This document shows positions 20,578 through 29,156 of a stretch of 64,000 nt of DNA, in pieces. The translations under genes were made by a program, and so were the position numbers. Numbering within the stretch: the first letter of the stretch is position 1; each line of letters begins with the position of its first letter. The notes beneath the pieces are model-generated. The model was given only the letters and a program-made list of their open reading frames with translations, did not search any database and was not told the DNA's origin. This DNA comes from Acidobacteriota bacterium (GTDB lineage Bacteria; Acidobacteriota; UBA890; WLXD01), in NCBI GenBank assembly GCA_965248695.1, contig CBDFKD010000002.1:2656001-2720000 (forward strand), read 5' to 3'.

Positions 20578-21561
20578 TCAGAGCCAGTCCGCCTGGCGGT
20601 ACCACTCGGCGGTGTCAGCGAACCCGCGGGCGGCATCGATGCGCGCCACGTGCCCGATGGCGCGAGCAATCTTGGTAGCGTCGCAGACCAGTCCCGGAGC
20701 GCTGAGCTCGCAGAGGCGATCTCGGTTCAGCAGCGCTGGCCGGCCGGTGACGCGACCGCTGAATTCGCCGATCTCGGCGATCGCCCAGAGCAGCCACCGG
20801 GGCACGGGGAGCGTGCGCACGCGTCGTTTGTACGTCTCGGAGAGCAAGCGGGCAAAATCGAGTTGCCGGACGGGGTCGGCGTGGCCGACGAAGAACGTTT
20901 CGCCGATCACTGCATCGACGCCGGCAAGCCCGGTGTCGCCCACCGCCCGCAGCCCGGCCACCAGATCAGCTACGTGGATGAACGTGTAGGCGGTCTCGGG
21001 ATCGCCGAGCAGCGGACAGAAACCGCGCTTGCCGCCGCGGAAAAGCGCCAGAAAGTCGCGGTCGCGAGGCCCATAGACTCCTGGCGGGCGAACGATCGAG
21101 TACCTAAGCCCCTCGATCTCCATCACCGCCTTTTCGCCGGCCAGCTTGCTCTTTCCGTACAGGCTCAAGGGCGCCGGCTCGTCGTTTTCCGTGCGTGGTC
21201 GCTGCGGCGTGCCGGCGCCCGCCGCCGCCTGGCTCGATACAAGCAGAAAGAACGCACCGCCACGCTGCGCCGCCAGTGCCGCCTGCCGCGCACCCTCGAC
21301 GTTGACCCGGGTGAACGCTTCGTGGTCGGGGGCGCGGGTCAACCCTGCCAGGTGATAGACGATCGCTGCGTCCTCGCAGGCGGACCCCATATCGTCGGCC
21401 TCGAGCTCGCACTCGACGCGTTGAACGCCGTCCGGCAGGGGGTTGGAGCTCGAGGCGCGCACAACGGCTCGCACTCCCCAGTCGGAGTCGCGCAGGCTCT
21501 CGCACAGATTCCAGCCGATGAACCCGGTGCCACCGGTGACAACGGCAATTCTGGCAGTCAT
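20578..21561 (-). CDS. NAD-dependent epimerase/dehydratase (extended SDR), candidate ceramide/3-keto reductase
   Basis: Start reassigned to ATG 21561; TGGTGFIG, HLAG, YGKSK, RPPGVYGP. Reductase role inferred from operon context. Confidence 0.85.
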   Translation of the reverse strand: MTARIAVVTGGTGFIGWNLCESLRDSDWGVRAVVRASSSNPLPDGVQRVECELEADDMGSACEDAAIVYHLAGLTRAPDHEAFTRVNVEGARQAALAAQRGGAFFLLVSSQAAAGAGTPQRPRTENDEPAPLSLYGKSKLAGEKAVMEIEGLRYSIVRPPGVYGPRDRDFLALFRGGKRGFCPLLGDPETAYTFIHVADLVAGLRAVGDTGLAGVDAVIGETFFVGHADPVRQLDFARLLSETYKRRVRTLPVPRWLLWAIAEIGEFSGRVTGRPALLNRDRLCELSAPGLVCDATKIARAIGHVARIDAARGFADTAEWYRQADWL

Positions 21562-21568
21562 CGTGGCT

Positions 21569-22708
21569 CTACAGCGGCTTTTGGTAGATCCGGTAGGTCT
21601 TGGAGCGCTCGCAGCCGACAAGCTGTATCGCCTTGTTGATGCCGTCGTTGTCTTCCAGCGTCCAGCCGCACTCGCCGCCGCGCCAGCCGAGTCCTTCGAC
21701 GACGCGAATCGAGTGCGCAATCAGAAGCAACTCGAGGCCTTTCTGGCGATGTTCGGCCACTACTCCCAGCAGCATGAGGCGGCATTGGTCGATGATGCTT
21801 TTCTTGCGCAGCAGGTGCAAGAAACCGAACGGCAGCAGGCGCCCGCGCATGCGCTTGAACACCTGGTTGAAGTCGGGAACGGTGAGGCAAAACGCGATCG
21901 GCTTGCCCTCGATCTCCATGATGAGCGCCAGGTCGAAGTTGAGGATCATCTTCATGTCCTTGGCGGTGTGCAGGAACTCCTCCTCGGTCGGCGGCACGAA
22001 GCCCCAGTTGTTCGCCCACGCCTCGGAGAAGATGCGCAAGATTGTCAGCGCGTCCTGCTCGAAGTTCTTCTTGCTCAGCTGGCGGATCGTCGGCCGCGGA
22101 ACCAGCCGCGCTTCGATGCGCTTCAAGATGCGCTCGGAGCGCCGATTGACGCTGGTGTCGATCTCGAACCACCAGGTCCATAGATCCTTCGCCTTGCTAT
22201 AGCCGGCCGACTCCACCCACCCGGGATAGGTCGGTGGGTTGTAGGGTGTCTGAATCAACGGATCGCGATCGAACCGCTCTACGAGCAAGCCCGCCGGATG
22301 GTTGAGCGATGGGTTTGCCGGGCCTCTCAAGGCGTCGCGGCCGCGGCCTGTCGCCCAGCGCTCCGCTGCCTCCAGCAACTTCGCGGCCACCTCGCCGTCC
22401 TCGGCTTCCAGGAAGCCGAAGAACGCCACGTTGTCGCCGTGGATCTCGTTGTGCCGTTCGTCGTCGATGGCGGCAATTCGGCCCACGGCCTCGCCGTCGC
22501 GCAGCGCCAGGTAGAGCTCCATCTCGGCATGACGAAAGAACGGGTTCTTGGCGGTGTTCAGCAGATCCCGTTCGGCGAGGATCAGCGGCGGCACCCAGTG
22601 CGGATCGCCGGCATACAGCCGGAACGGCAGCTTGATGAACGCGTCGCGCTCGCGCTTGGTCGCCACCCGACGGATCGCCACCGCCGGTGAGCCCGTGGCC
22701 TCCGTCAT
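21569..22708 (-). CDS. GNAT-fold acyltransferase, putative bacterial ceramide synthase (bCerS-like)
   Basis: FIKLPFRLY..PHWVPPL, GRIAAI, FGFLE, PYNPPTY, WANNWGFVP, WTLEDN; lies directly downstream of the SPT gene. Confidence 0.72.
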   Translation of the reverse strand: MTEATGSPAVAIRRVATKRERDAFIKLPFRLYAGDPHWVPPLILAERDLLNTAKNPFFRHAEMELYLALRDGEAVGRIAAIDDERHNEIHGDNVAFFGFLEAEDGEVAAKLLEAAERWATGRGRDALRGPANPSLNHPAGLLVERFDRDPLIQTPYNPPTYPGWVESAGYSKAKDLWTWWFEIDTSVNRRSERILKRIEARLVPRPTIRQLSKKNFEQDALTILRIFSEAWANNWGFVPPTEEEFLHTAKDMKMILNFDLALIMEIEGKPIAFCLTVPDFNQVFKRMRGRLLPFGFLHLLRKKSIIDQCRLMLLGVVAEHRQKGLELLLIAHSIRVVEGLGWRGGECGWTLEDNDGINKAIQLVGCERSKTYRIYQKPL

Positions 22709-22732
22709 ACGTGTGTAGCGCCTCCGCGGACC

Positions 22733-23965
22733 TTACGCGGCACTGGTGATCACGCCGCGACGACGGCCGGCATCGGCGAATGCGCTCAGCACCGTTTCGA
22801 TCTCCTCGCGTGTATGGCTGGCGTTGACCGCCATGCGGATGAGTGCCTCACCCTCGGGGACCGCTGGCGGCAGCGCCGGCAGGGCGAAGATGCCCGCGTC
22901 CCAGACGTCCTTCCACACCACCATGGCCAAATCGGCGTCGCCGATTGACACCGGCACGATCGGACCCTCCGAGCCGAGCGTGTTGAACCCCAGCCCGCGC
23001 AAACCCTTGCGGAACATCACCACGCGCTTCCACAGCCGCTCTCGATGCTCAGGCTCGCTGGCCAGGATCTCGAGCGCCTTGTGGGTGGTCGCCACCTGGG
23101 CCGGCGGCAACGCGGCGGTGAACACGAACGGGCGCGCCAGACACTTGATGTAGTCGACGATCTCGGCGTTGCCGCCGACGAACCCGCCGACCGATGCGAA
23201 CGCCTTGGAAAACGTACCGATCACCAGGTCGACCTCGTCCTCGAGGCCGAAGTGATCCGGTGTGCCGCGGCCGTTGGGACCGAGAACACCGGTGGAGTGG
23301 GCGTCGTCCACCAGCACTCGCGCGCCGTACCGTCGCGCCAGCTCGACGATCCCCGGCAAATCGGCGATCTCACCGCTCATCGAGAAGACGCCGTCGGTGA
23401 CGATCATCTTGCCCGCGTTGCGTCCGGCGTCGCGCTTCAGCAACGACTCGAGGTGATCCATGTCGCCGTGGCGGTACTTGCGCAGCTGGCCGTACGACAG
23501 CCGCGCCCCGTCATAAAGACTGGCGTGGTTCTCGCGGTCGAAGTACATGATGTCGCGACGACCAACGACAGCGGCCAGCACCCCGAGCGAGCCGAGGAAG
23601 CCGGTGCTGAACGTCAACGCCGCCTCGCGCTTCAGAAAATCCGCCAGGTCTCGCTCGAAGGCCTCGTGGATTCCCAGCGTGCCGTTCAGGAAACGTGAGC
23701 CGGTGCAGCTTGTTCCGAACTCACGCAGCGCCGGCAGGCCGGCGTTCTGTACGCGCTCGTCCTGGCTCAGGCCGAGGTAGTCGTTGGAGCAAGCCATGAC
23801 CATACGGTTGCCATCGACGGTGACCTCGTTGCCTTTCTGCGCTCGAAGCGCCTTGAAGTACGGAAAGAGCCCGATGTCGCGCAGCTCGTTGGCGCGCTGG
23901 TAGTACTTGGAGTCCGACTTGTCGAAGATATCCACCTTCATGGTGGGGATTTCGGCTTGTGCCAT
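22733..23965 (-). CDS. spt: Serine palmitoyltransferase (alpha-oxoamine synthase family)
   Basis: SNDYLGL, GTSCTGSRFLNGTLGIH, NHASLYDG, DGVFSMSG, DDAH, PLP-lysine motif GTFSKAFASVGG. The GSRFLNGT and GTFSK motifs favour SPT over BioF/Kbl. Confidence 0.8.
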   Translation of the reverse strand: MAQAEIPTMKVDIFDKSDSKYYQRANELRDIGLFPYFKALRAQKGNEVTVDGNRMVMACSNDYLGLSQDERVQNAGLPALREFGTSCTGSRFLNGTLGIHEAFERDLADFLKREAALTFSTGFLGSLGVLAAVVGRRDIMYFDRENHASLYDGARLSYGQLRKYRHGDMDHLESLLKRDAGRNAGKMIVTDGVFSMSGEIADLPGIVELARRYGARVLVDDAHSTGVLGPNGRGTPDHFGLEDEVDLVIGTFSKAFASVGGFVGGNAEIVDYIKCLARPFVFTAALPPAQVATTHKALEILASEPEHRERLWKRVVMFRKGLRGLGFNTLGSEGPIVPVSIGDADLAMVVWKDVWDAGIFALPALPPAVPEGEALIRMAVNASHTREEIETVLSAFADAGRRRGVITSAA

Positions 23966-24081
23966 TTCGGTTCGCTCGCTCGAGGAGAGCGGCGGTAGCC
24001 CGGCACAGCACACACTTCGTGCCGGGCACACCCGTCAGACCCTGGCCTGTTTGACGACGTCTGAGAGCCGCGGAGGCGGAA

Positions 24082-24696
24082 TCAGGAGTCCGTGCGGTAC
24101 TCGTCGATCCGGTCCTGCAGCCGCTGAATGACGTCGTCTACGGTTTCGGTCTTCAGCAGGCGGATAAAGCGGCGGTTCCAACTACGAGCCGTGTCCACGT
24201 CGTCAACGACGTAATTGACGATCAGCCACCGATCCTCGCGTAGCGTGAGCTCGTAGTCGAGGGCAATGTCATCGCCCTCGAAGTAGGCCAGGGTATTGAC
24301 CACCGCTTGCTCGCCGTCGATCTCCTCGTTCAGGTAGTCGAAGCGGTCCGCTCGATAGCGGCCCACCCCCTTTATGGAACGAATGCGTAGCAAATCACCG
24401 AAGACGGCCTTCCACTCACCGCACTTCTCACCGTCGAGCTCGTTGTCCACACAGATCGGATCAATCGCGCCAGTCGACATCGATTCGAAGTCGGTGACGC
24501 CATTCATGACCTCGTAGACACGAGCCTCCCCCGCAGCATCGAGGGGGTCATGCTCGGCGAGAATGGCGGAAATCGCCTCGTTGGACGTACGGACGGTCTC
24601 CATCGGGGTGGTGATTCTTGCCGCGGCCTGGCCAACCGCTATCACGCCCAGAAGGAGCACCGACGCCACGAGACTAGTCGAGGACGACTTGGCCAT
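24082..24696 (-). CDS. MlaC/Ttg2D (HpnM-like) periplasmic lipid-binding protein
   Basis: Signal peptide, TDFESMS, LDYELT..WLIVNYVVDDV..F..L pattern; overlaps the TolC 3' end. Confidence 0.8.
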   Translation of the reverse strand: MAKSSSTSLVASVLLLGVIAVGQAAARITTPMETVRTSNEAISAILAEHDPLDAAGEARVYEVMNGVTDFESMSTGAIDPICVDNELDGEKCGEWKAVFGDLLRIRSIKGVGRYRADRFDYLNEEIDGEQAVVNTLAYFEGDDIALDYELTLREDRWLIVNYVVDDVDTARSWNRRFIRLLKTETVDDVIQRLQDRIDEYRTDS

Positions 24697-26098
24697 CAGC
24701 AATCCACTGTAGGTATGAAGAAAGGTCTCCGATAACAAAGGCCAACTCGGCCAAGGAGACCATCAACTCATATTCTCTCTTAACGACCTCGTGCTGTAAA
24801 CGATAGTCGGCGCGGTAGGCCTTGATGAGCGGCTGTGCTTCGCCGATTCCGAGGTCGAAATCATCGCCGGCAGAACGTAGCCAGCGGCGCGTCTCGCGGC
24901 GCGTCTGGCGCGCCGAGGCCAGCAACTCGACGTTCTTGAGCACCCCCTCGAGGGCGCCCACTACCTCGATCTCGACGCTCATCTGCAACGCTAACCTGCG
25001 CGCGTCGGTGGCGTCGCGCTCGATCCGGCGCCTGGCGATATCGAGGTTGTGGCGCGCGAAGTTGAGGTCCCAGCGCATGTTCACCGCGGCGCCGGCACGG
25101 GTGAAATTGAACTCGTCGTAGGCGAACGGGTTCTTCTGGTCGTCGCGCGCCGCGGAGCGCGCAAAGCCGAAGCCACCGCCGATCAGGATCAGCGGCCAGC
25201 GGTTGCTGCGGCTGAGATCCATGGCCTCGTCGAGCGCACCGCTGGCCGCCGCCAGGGCGCGGAGCTGAGGATTGCGCTCGGCGGCGTCTGCCTGCAGAGC
25301 CCGAAGGTCGGCGCGGGTCAGTGCCACCTCAGGCATTCTATCGGCGCGCAGCTCGTAGGCGCTGGAGCTATCGAACCCCATCAGCTTGGCGAGCGCCTCG
25401 AGCAACAAGCGGTGCTTCTGGCGCGTTTCGAGGTAGACCGCGTCCACGTCGTAGCGGCCCGAGCGGATCTCCCAAGCGTCGTTGGGATCGATGTCCCCTT
25501 CATCGAGCTTCTGGTCCGCCTGCTCGATGAGCTCGTCGAAGGCGTCGCGCATGCCCTCGGCGATATCGAACGCGCGGCCCGCCGACAAGGCCCCCCAGTA
25601 GGTGCGTATGACCTCGCGAGACAGCTCGTCGCGGGCACGTTGCTGCTCGGATTCCTTGACGTCGACCACTCCGCGCGCCGCCGCGGTGCCATGGCGTAGC
25701 CGCCCGAATCCGTACACCGGGATGGCAAATCCGATCTGGCCCTTGAAGAACGGGCCCAGATCGTTCAGGTCGCTGGACGTATCGGGGGAGTTGAAGATGT
25801 CACCCCGGGCGCCGGGAACGACACCTGTGTAGCTGTCCAGCTGCACCTCGGGTAACGACCAGAAGCTCTGCCACTGCTTCAGATCGACCTCGGCCCGATC
25901 GACGTCGAGTCGGTGGGCCCGCATCAGCGGGTTCGAGTCGACCGCACGCGCCAGGACGGCGGCTAGCCCGAGACGCGGCGGTGTTCCGGCGGCCGGTTGC
26001 AGCTCCTGGGCGCTGGTGCTCGTGGCCGCCAGCAGCGCGGTCACGGCAACCAGGCTCGCGATGGCGGGTAGCTGGCGCCCGCTCGACTCGGCGCGCAT
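24674..26098 (-). CDS. TolC family outer-membrane factor
   Basis: Signal peptide and two OEP-like repeats (AVDSNP..; AAERNPQL..RWPLI), helical coiled segments. Confidence 0.85.
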   Translation of the reverse strand: MRAESSGRQLPAIASLVAVTALLAATSTSAQELQPAAGTPPRLGLAAVLARAVDSNPLMRAHRLDVDRAEVDLKQWQSFWSLPEVQLDSYTGVVPGARGDIFNSPDTSSDLNDLGPFFKGQIGFAIPVYGFGRLRHGTAAARGVVDVKESEQQRARDELSREVIRTYWGALSAGRAFDIAEGMRDAFDELIEQADQKLDEGDIDPNDAWEIRSGRYDVDAVYLETRQKHRLLLEALAKLMGFDSSSAYELRADRMPEVALTRADLRALQADAAERNPQLRALAAASGALDEAMDLSRSNRWPLILIGGGFGFARSAARDDQKNPFAYDEFNFTRAGAAVNMRWDLNFARHNLDIARRRIERDATDARRLALQMSVEIEVVGALEGVLKNVELLASARQTRRETRRWLRSAGDDFDLGIGEAQPLIKAYRADYRLQHEVVKREYELMVSLAELAFVIGDLSSYLQWIADGQVVLD

Positions 26099-26380
26099 GG
26101 CGTCTCCTGCGGATATGGCTCAGGGGGAGCAATAGGTGTCGGGGGCGGCGACACTAAGCCTAGCATCGCGCCGTCGCCTCGCGGCGCTCGACGCCTAGGC
26201 ACCGCAAGCGCAGGAAAAGCACTCGGGCTTGACGCGTAGGAGCCCTTCCTAGAGCCTTGAGAGGGTGAGCTGCGTGGTCCCAGCGCGACCGACTCCCGTC
26301 ACGACCGCTAGTGGGCTTGGCCTGTCTGCAACCCGCGCCGCCGGTTGGTCGTGCGACCTGCCCGCCCAAGTAATCGGACC

Positions 26381-28813
26381 GTGAGCGACAAGCACCAAAT
26401 CCCGGCTCGTACTGTCCGCGAGCGCACGCTCTTTTACCGTGAGATCCGCGCCGTCTGCCGCTGGTCTCATCGCTACGCGTTTCTCTGGGTGGCGCTGACC
26501 CTGGCGGTCACGGTCCCGGCGTTCATGCGCGCGCAAACGCTCGGTCTCGACTCCGACCTCACCCGGTTGCTTCCGCAGGACAGCCCAGCGGTGCAGTGGA
26601 GTCGAGACCTGGAGCCGCTGGTAGGTGACGGGGGGTATTTCAGCCTGGTCTTCGAGCGGGGTGATCCCCAATCGTTACAGCAAGCGGTTGACGGCACAGC
26701 CAGGCGATTGCAGGGCCTCGACGGGATCACCGATGTCAACTACCGCTACCCGACGGATTTCGTCCAGCGGTACCGCTACGGCCTGATGCCCTCGGACCAG
26801 CTCGAGACCGCCATCGAAACGATCGAGGACTGGGAGGCCGAGGTAAACCCGTTCCTCGACGATCTCGACGATTCGGCGAGCGAGGAGGAGTCCGACCTCG
26901 AGCGCATCGTGGGGCTGTACAGCGAGCTGCCCGAGTACCACCGCGACGCTGACGACACGATGTACGGGATGATCCTCAAGACAAGCGAGGGCCTGACCGA
27001 CCTCTCTGGCCTGCGGGAGCTGTACCTGGAGATCGACCGCGTTGCCGGCGAGGAGTCAGACGCGGCCGGCGTGACGGTGTCCATCGGCGGCTCGCTGCGC
27101 ACGCGGGTGGAAGAGTTCGACGTCATCGTCTCGGATGTTACCCGCACAGGTGCGGTGGCAGCGGCGGCCATCCTGTTGACGCTGGCGATCAGCTTCAGGT
27201 CGGTTCGCGTGCTGCCGGTGCTGCTGTACCCAATCGGCGCCGGCCTGACTTGGGCGTTTGCGCTAGTGCCCGATCTGGTCGGCGACCTGAACACGATCAC
27301 CTCATTCCTGCTGATGGTGTTATTCGGTATGGGGGTCGATTACTCCATTCACCTGGTGAAGCGCTTCCGGCACGAGATCCTGACCAATCCTCCGGACGTC
27401 GCGCTGGCCGAAACGTTCACATCGACCGGACGTTCGGTGATGACATCGGGGCTGACAACCTCGTTCGGACTCTTCATCCTGGCGGTATCCGACTTTCGCG
27501 GCTTCTCGGACTTCGGACTCATCGGCGGCACCGCCATCCTGGTGGTGACGGCGTGCATGCTGCTCGTGATGCCGGCCACGCTGAGCGCCGGCTACCGCCT
27601 CGGCCTGGTTACGCCGAGCGCGCCGCGCTACCCGAGCGCGCGACTTGCGATTCCACCGAGTTGGTCGGCAGCTCTGCTGAGCACGCTGGTGATCATCTCG
27701 GCGTACGCCGCTGCGTTCCTGCTCGAGTTCGACTACGACTTCGCGAACTTCAGCGCCAACCTCGAGGAACTGGACGCCATCCGCGCCAAGCAGGATGAGG
27801 TTTACCCGATCTTTTTCGGTCCGTCGGCCATCTATGTGGCGCGCGACCTCGAGGCGCTCGACCAGATGCTGGCGCTAATCTCCGCCGCCAGGGCAGAGCC
27901 CGAATCGGTGATCGGGCGGGTGGCCAGCGTGCGCGATTTCGCGCCCGACGACCACGAAGTGCAACTGCGACGCGACGCCATCGACCAGATCCAGGAGATG
28001 CTCCGGCGCAGGTGGGTCAACCGCATCGAGGACCCGGAGCGGGTCCGTATCATCGAGGACGTGCGCGACTTCGATATGCCGGACACCTTACCGGCCGTCG
28101 ACGATCTGCCGATTTCGGTGCTGCAGGACATGATCACGCGCGACGGATCTGGCGCCTACATCCTCGGGCTCCACGCTACCGGCCCCGGCAAGGACGGCGT
28201 GACGACCATGATGTTCGCGCGCGAGCTCTACGACCTGGAGCTCCCGGACGGGATCCTCGGACCAACGGGCGACAAACCGGTGCTTGCCGAGATTCTCTGG
28301 CTGGTCACCCGGGAAGGGCCGCTGCTCGTCGTTTTGACGTTCCTAGGCGTGTTCATTCTGGTGGTCATCGACCGGCGCGACGTGAACCAGGCAGCCTGGG
28401 TGCTCGTCCCTCTCGTGGCGAGCCTGTTGCTGACGTTCGGAGCGGTGATCGCACTCGGATGGCGCGTGAACTTCTTCAACATGGTGGTACTGCCCACCCT
28501 GCTCGGTCTCGGCGTCGACCATGGGGTGCACTACTACCGGCGCTGGCGCGAGTTGGAGGGGGATACGGCCGCCACTCAGCTGGAGCTGTTTGAGCCCATC
28601 ACCGTGGCCACCTTGACCACCATAATGGGGTACGCTGGGATGGCGTTCGCGCATCATCCCGGGCTGCGCTCGATCGGACTGCTGGCGGTGGTCGGCCTGC
28701 TGTGCACCTGGCTGACGGCGATGGTGTTGCTTCCCGGTCTGCTGGTCTGGCATCGCGACCTCAGCGAGGACGATCCGGAGCTTCCAGACACCGACGACGC
28801 GCTAGACGTGTAG
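26381..28813 (+). CDS. MMPL/RND family lipid transporter (HpnN-like)
   Basis: Two MMPL halves with GMGVDYSIH and GLGVDHGVH, LDSDLTRLLP, TTIMGYAGM..HPGLRSIG; GTG start 26381. Confidence 0.9.
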   Translation: MSDKHQIPARTVRERTLFYREIRAVCRWSHRYAFLWVALTLAVTVPAFMRAQTLGLDSDLTRLLPQDSPAVQWSRDLEPLVGDGGYFSLVFERGDPQSLQQAVDGTARRLQGLDGITDVNYRYPTDFVQRYRYGLMPSDQLETAIETIEDWEAEVNPFLDDLDDSASEEESDLERIVGLYSELPEYHRDADDTMYGMILKTSEGLTDLSGLRELYLEIDRVAGEESDAAGVTVSIGGSLRTRVEEFDVIVSDVTRTGAVAAAAILLTLAISFRSVRVLPVLLYPIGAGLTWAFALVPDLVGDLNTITSFLLMVLFGMGVDYSIHLVKRFRHEILTNPPDVALAETFTSTGRSVMTSGLTTSFGLFILAVSDFRGFSDFGLIGGTAILVVTACMLLVMPATLSAGYRLGLVTPSAPRYPSARLAIPPSWSAALLSTLVIISAYAAAFLLEFDYDFANFSANLEELDAIRAKQDEVYPIFFGPSAIYVARDLEALDQMLALISAARAEPESVIGRVASVRDFAPDDHEVQLRRDAIDQIQEMLRRRWVNRIEDPERVRIIEDVRDFDMPDTLPAVDDLPISVLQDMITRDGSGAYILGLHATGPGKDGVTTMMFARELYDLELPDGILGPTGDKPVLAEILWLVTREGPLLVVLTFLGVFILVVIDRRDVNQAAWVLVPLVASLLLTFGAVIALGWRVNFFNMVVLPTLLGLGVDHGVHYYRRWRELEGDTAATQLELFEPITVATLTTIMGYAGMAFAHHPGLRSIGLLAVVGLLCTWLTAMVLLPGLLVWHRDLSEDDPELPDTDDALDV

Positions 28814-28854
28814 CAGGCCGTGGGGGCCCGCCACACTTCCACCACGGCCTGCTA
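28811..28854. repeat. REP/MITE-like palindrome at the MMPL stop codon
   Basis: 13-bp perfect inverted repeat TAGCAGGCCGTGG / CCACGGCCTGCTA. 21 bp of it (ACACTTCCACCACGGCCTGCT) recurs at 9699-9719. Confidence 0.7.
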
Positions 28855-28891
28855 GAGCAGGCTCGAGCACCGCGAAATGCCGGATGCGCGA

Positions 28892-28920
28892 TTGCGAGCG
28901 GTACCTCCGCCGCTTACCAT
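28892..28920 (+). promoter_or_regulatory. Putative sigma70 promoter for tRNA-Gln
   Basis: TTGCGA-N17-TACCAT ending 12 nt before the tRNA. Confidence 0.55.
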
Positions 28921-28932
28921 CACCGTCCAGGT

Positions 28933-29007
28933 TGGGGCGTCGTCCAATTGGCAAGACATGCGGCTCTGGACCGTAGAATCGGGGTTCGAGTCCCTGCGCC
29001 CCAACCA
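28933..29007 (+). tRNA. tRNA-Gln(CTG)
   Basis: Acceptor stem TGGGGCG/CGCCCCA, anticodon arm TGCGG-CTCTGGA-CCGTA, GGTTCGAGTCC T-arm, encoded CCA. Confidence 0.96.
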
Positions 29008-29156
29008 TTCAGCCGCAGTCGACGCCGGCCAACCGAGTAGCGTGCCGGGGCCGCACGGGCGCGCGTAACCGTATCCTCATCGGGAGCCCGAGCCACCCGA
29101 GATTCGCCCGCCGAGCTCGCGACGGGCTCTGCGCCCCCTCCCAGGTGGAGTACGAC

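Noticed and set aside
20578-28813. Hopanoid biosynthesis cluster (HpnA/HpnM/HpnN-like genes)
   Set aside because: No squalene-hopene cyclase, squalene synthase or radical SAM genes in the window; the embedded enzymes are SPT-like and GNAT.
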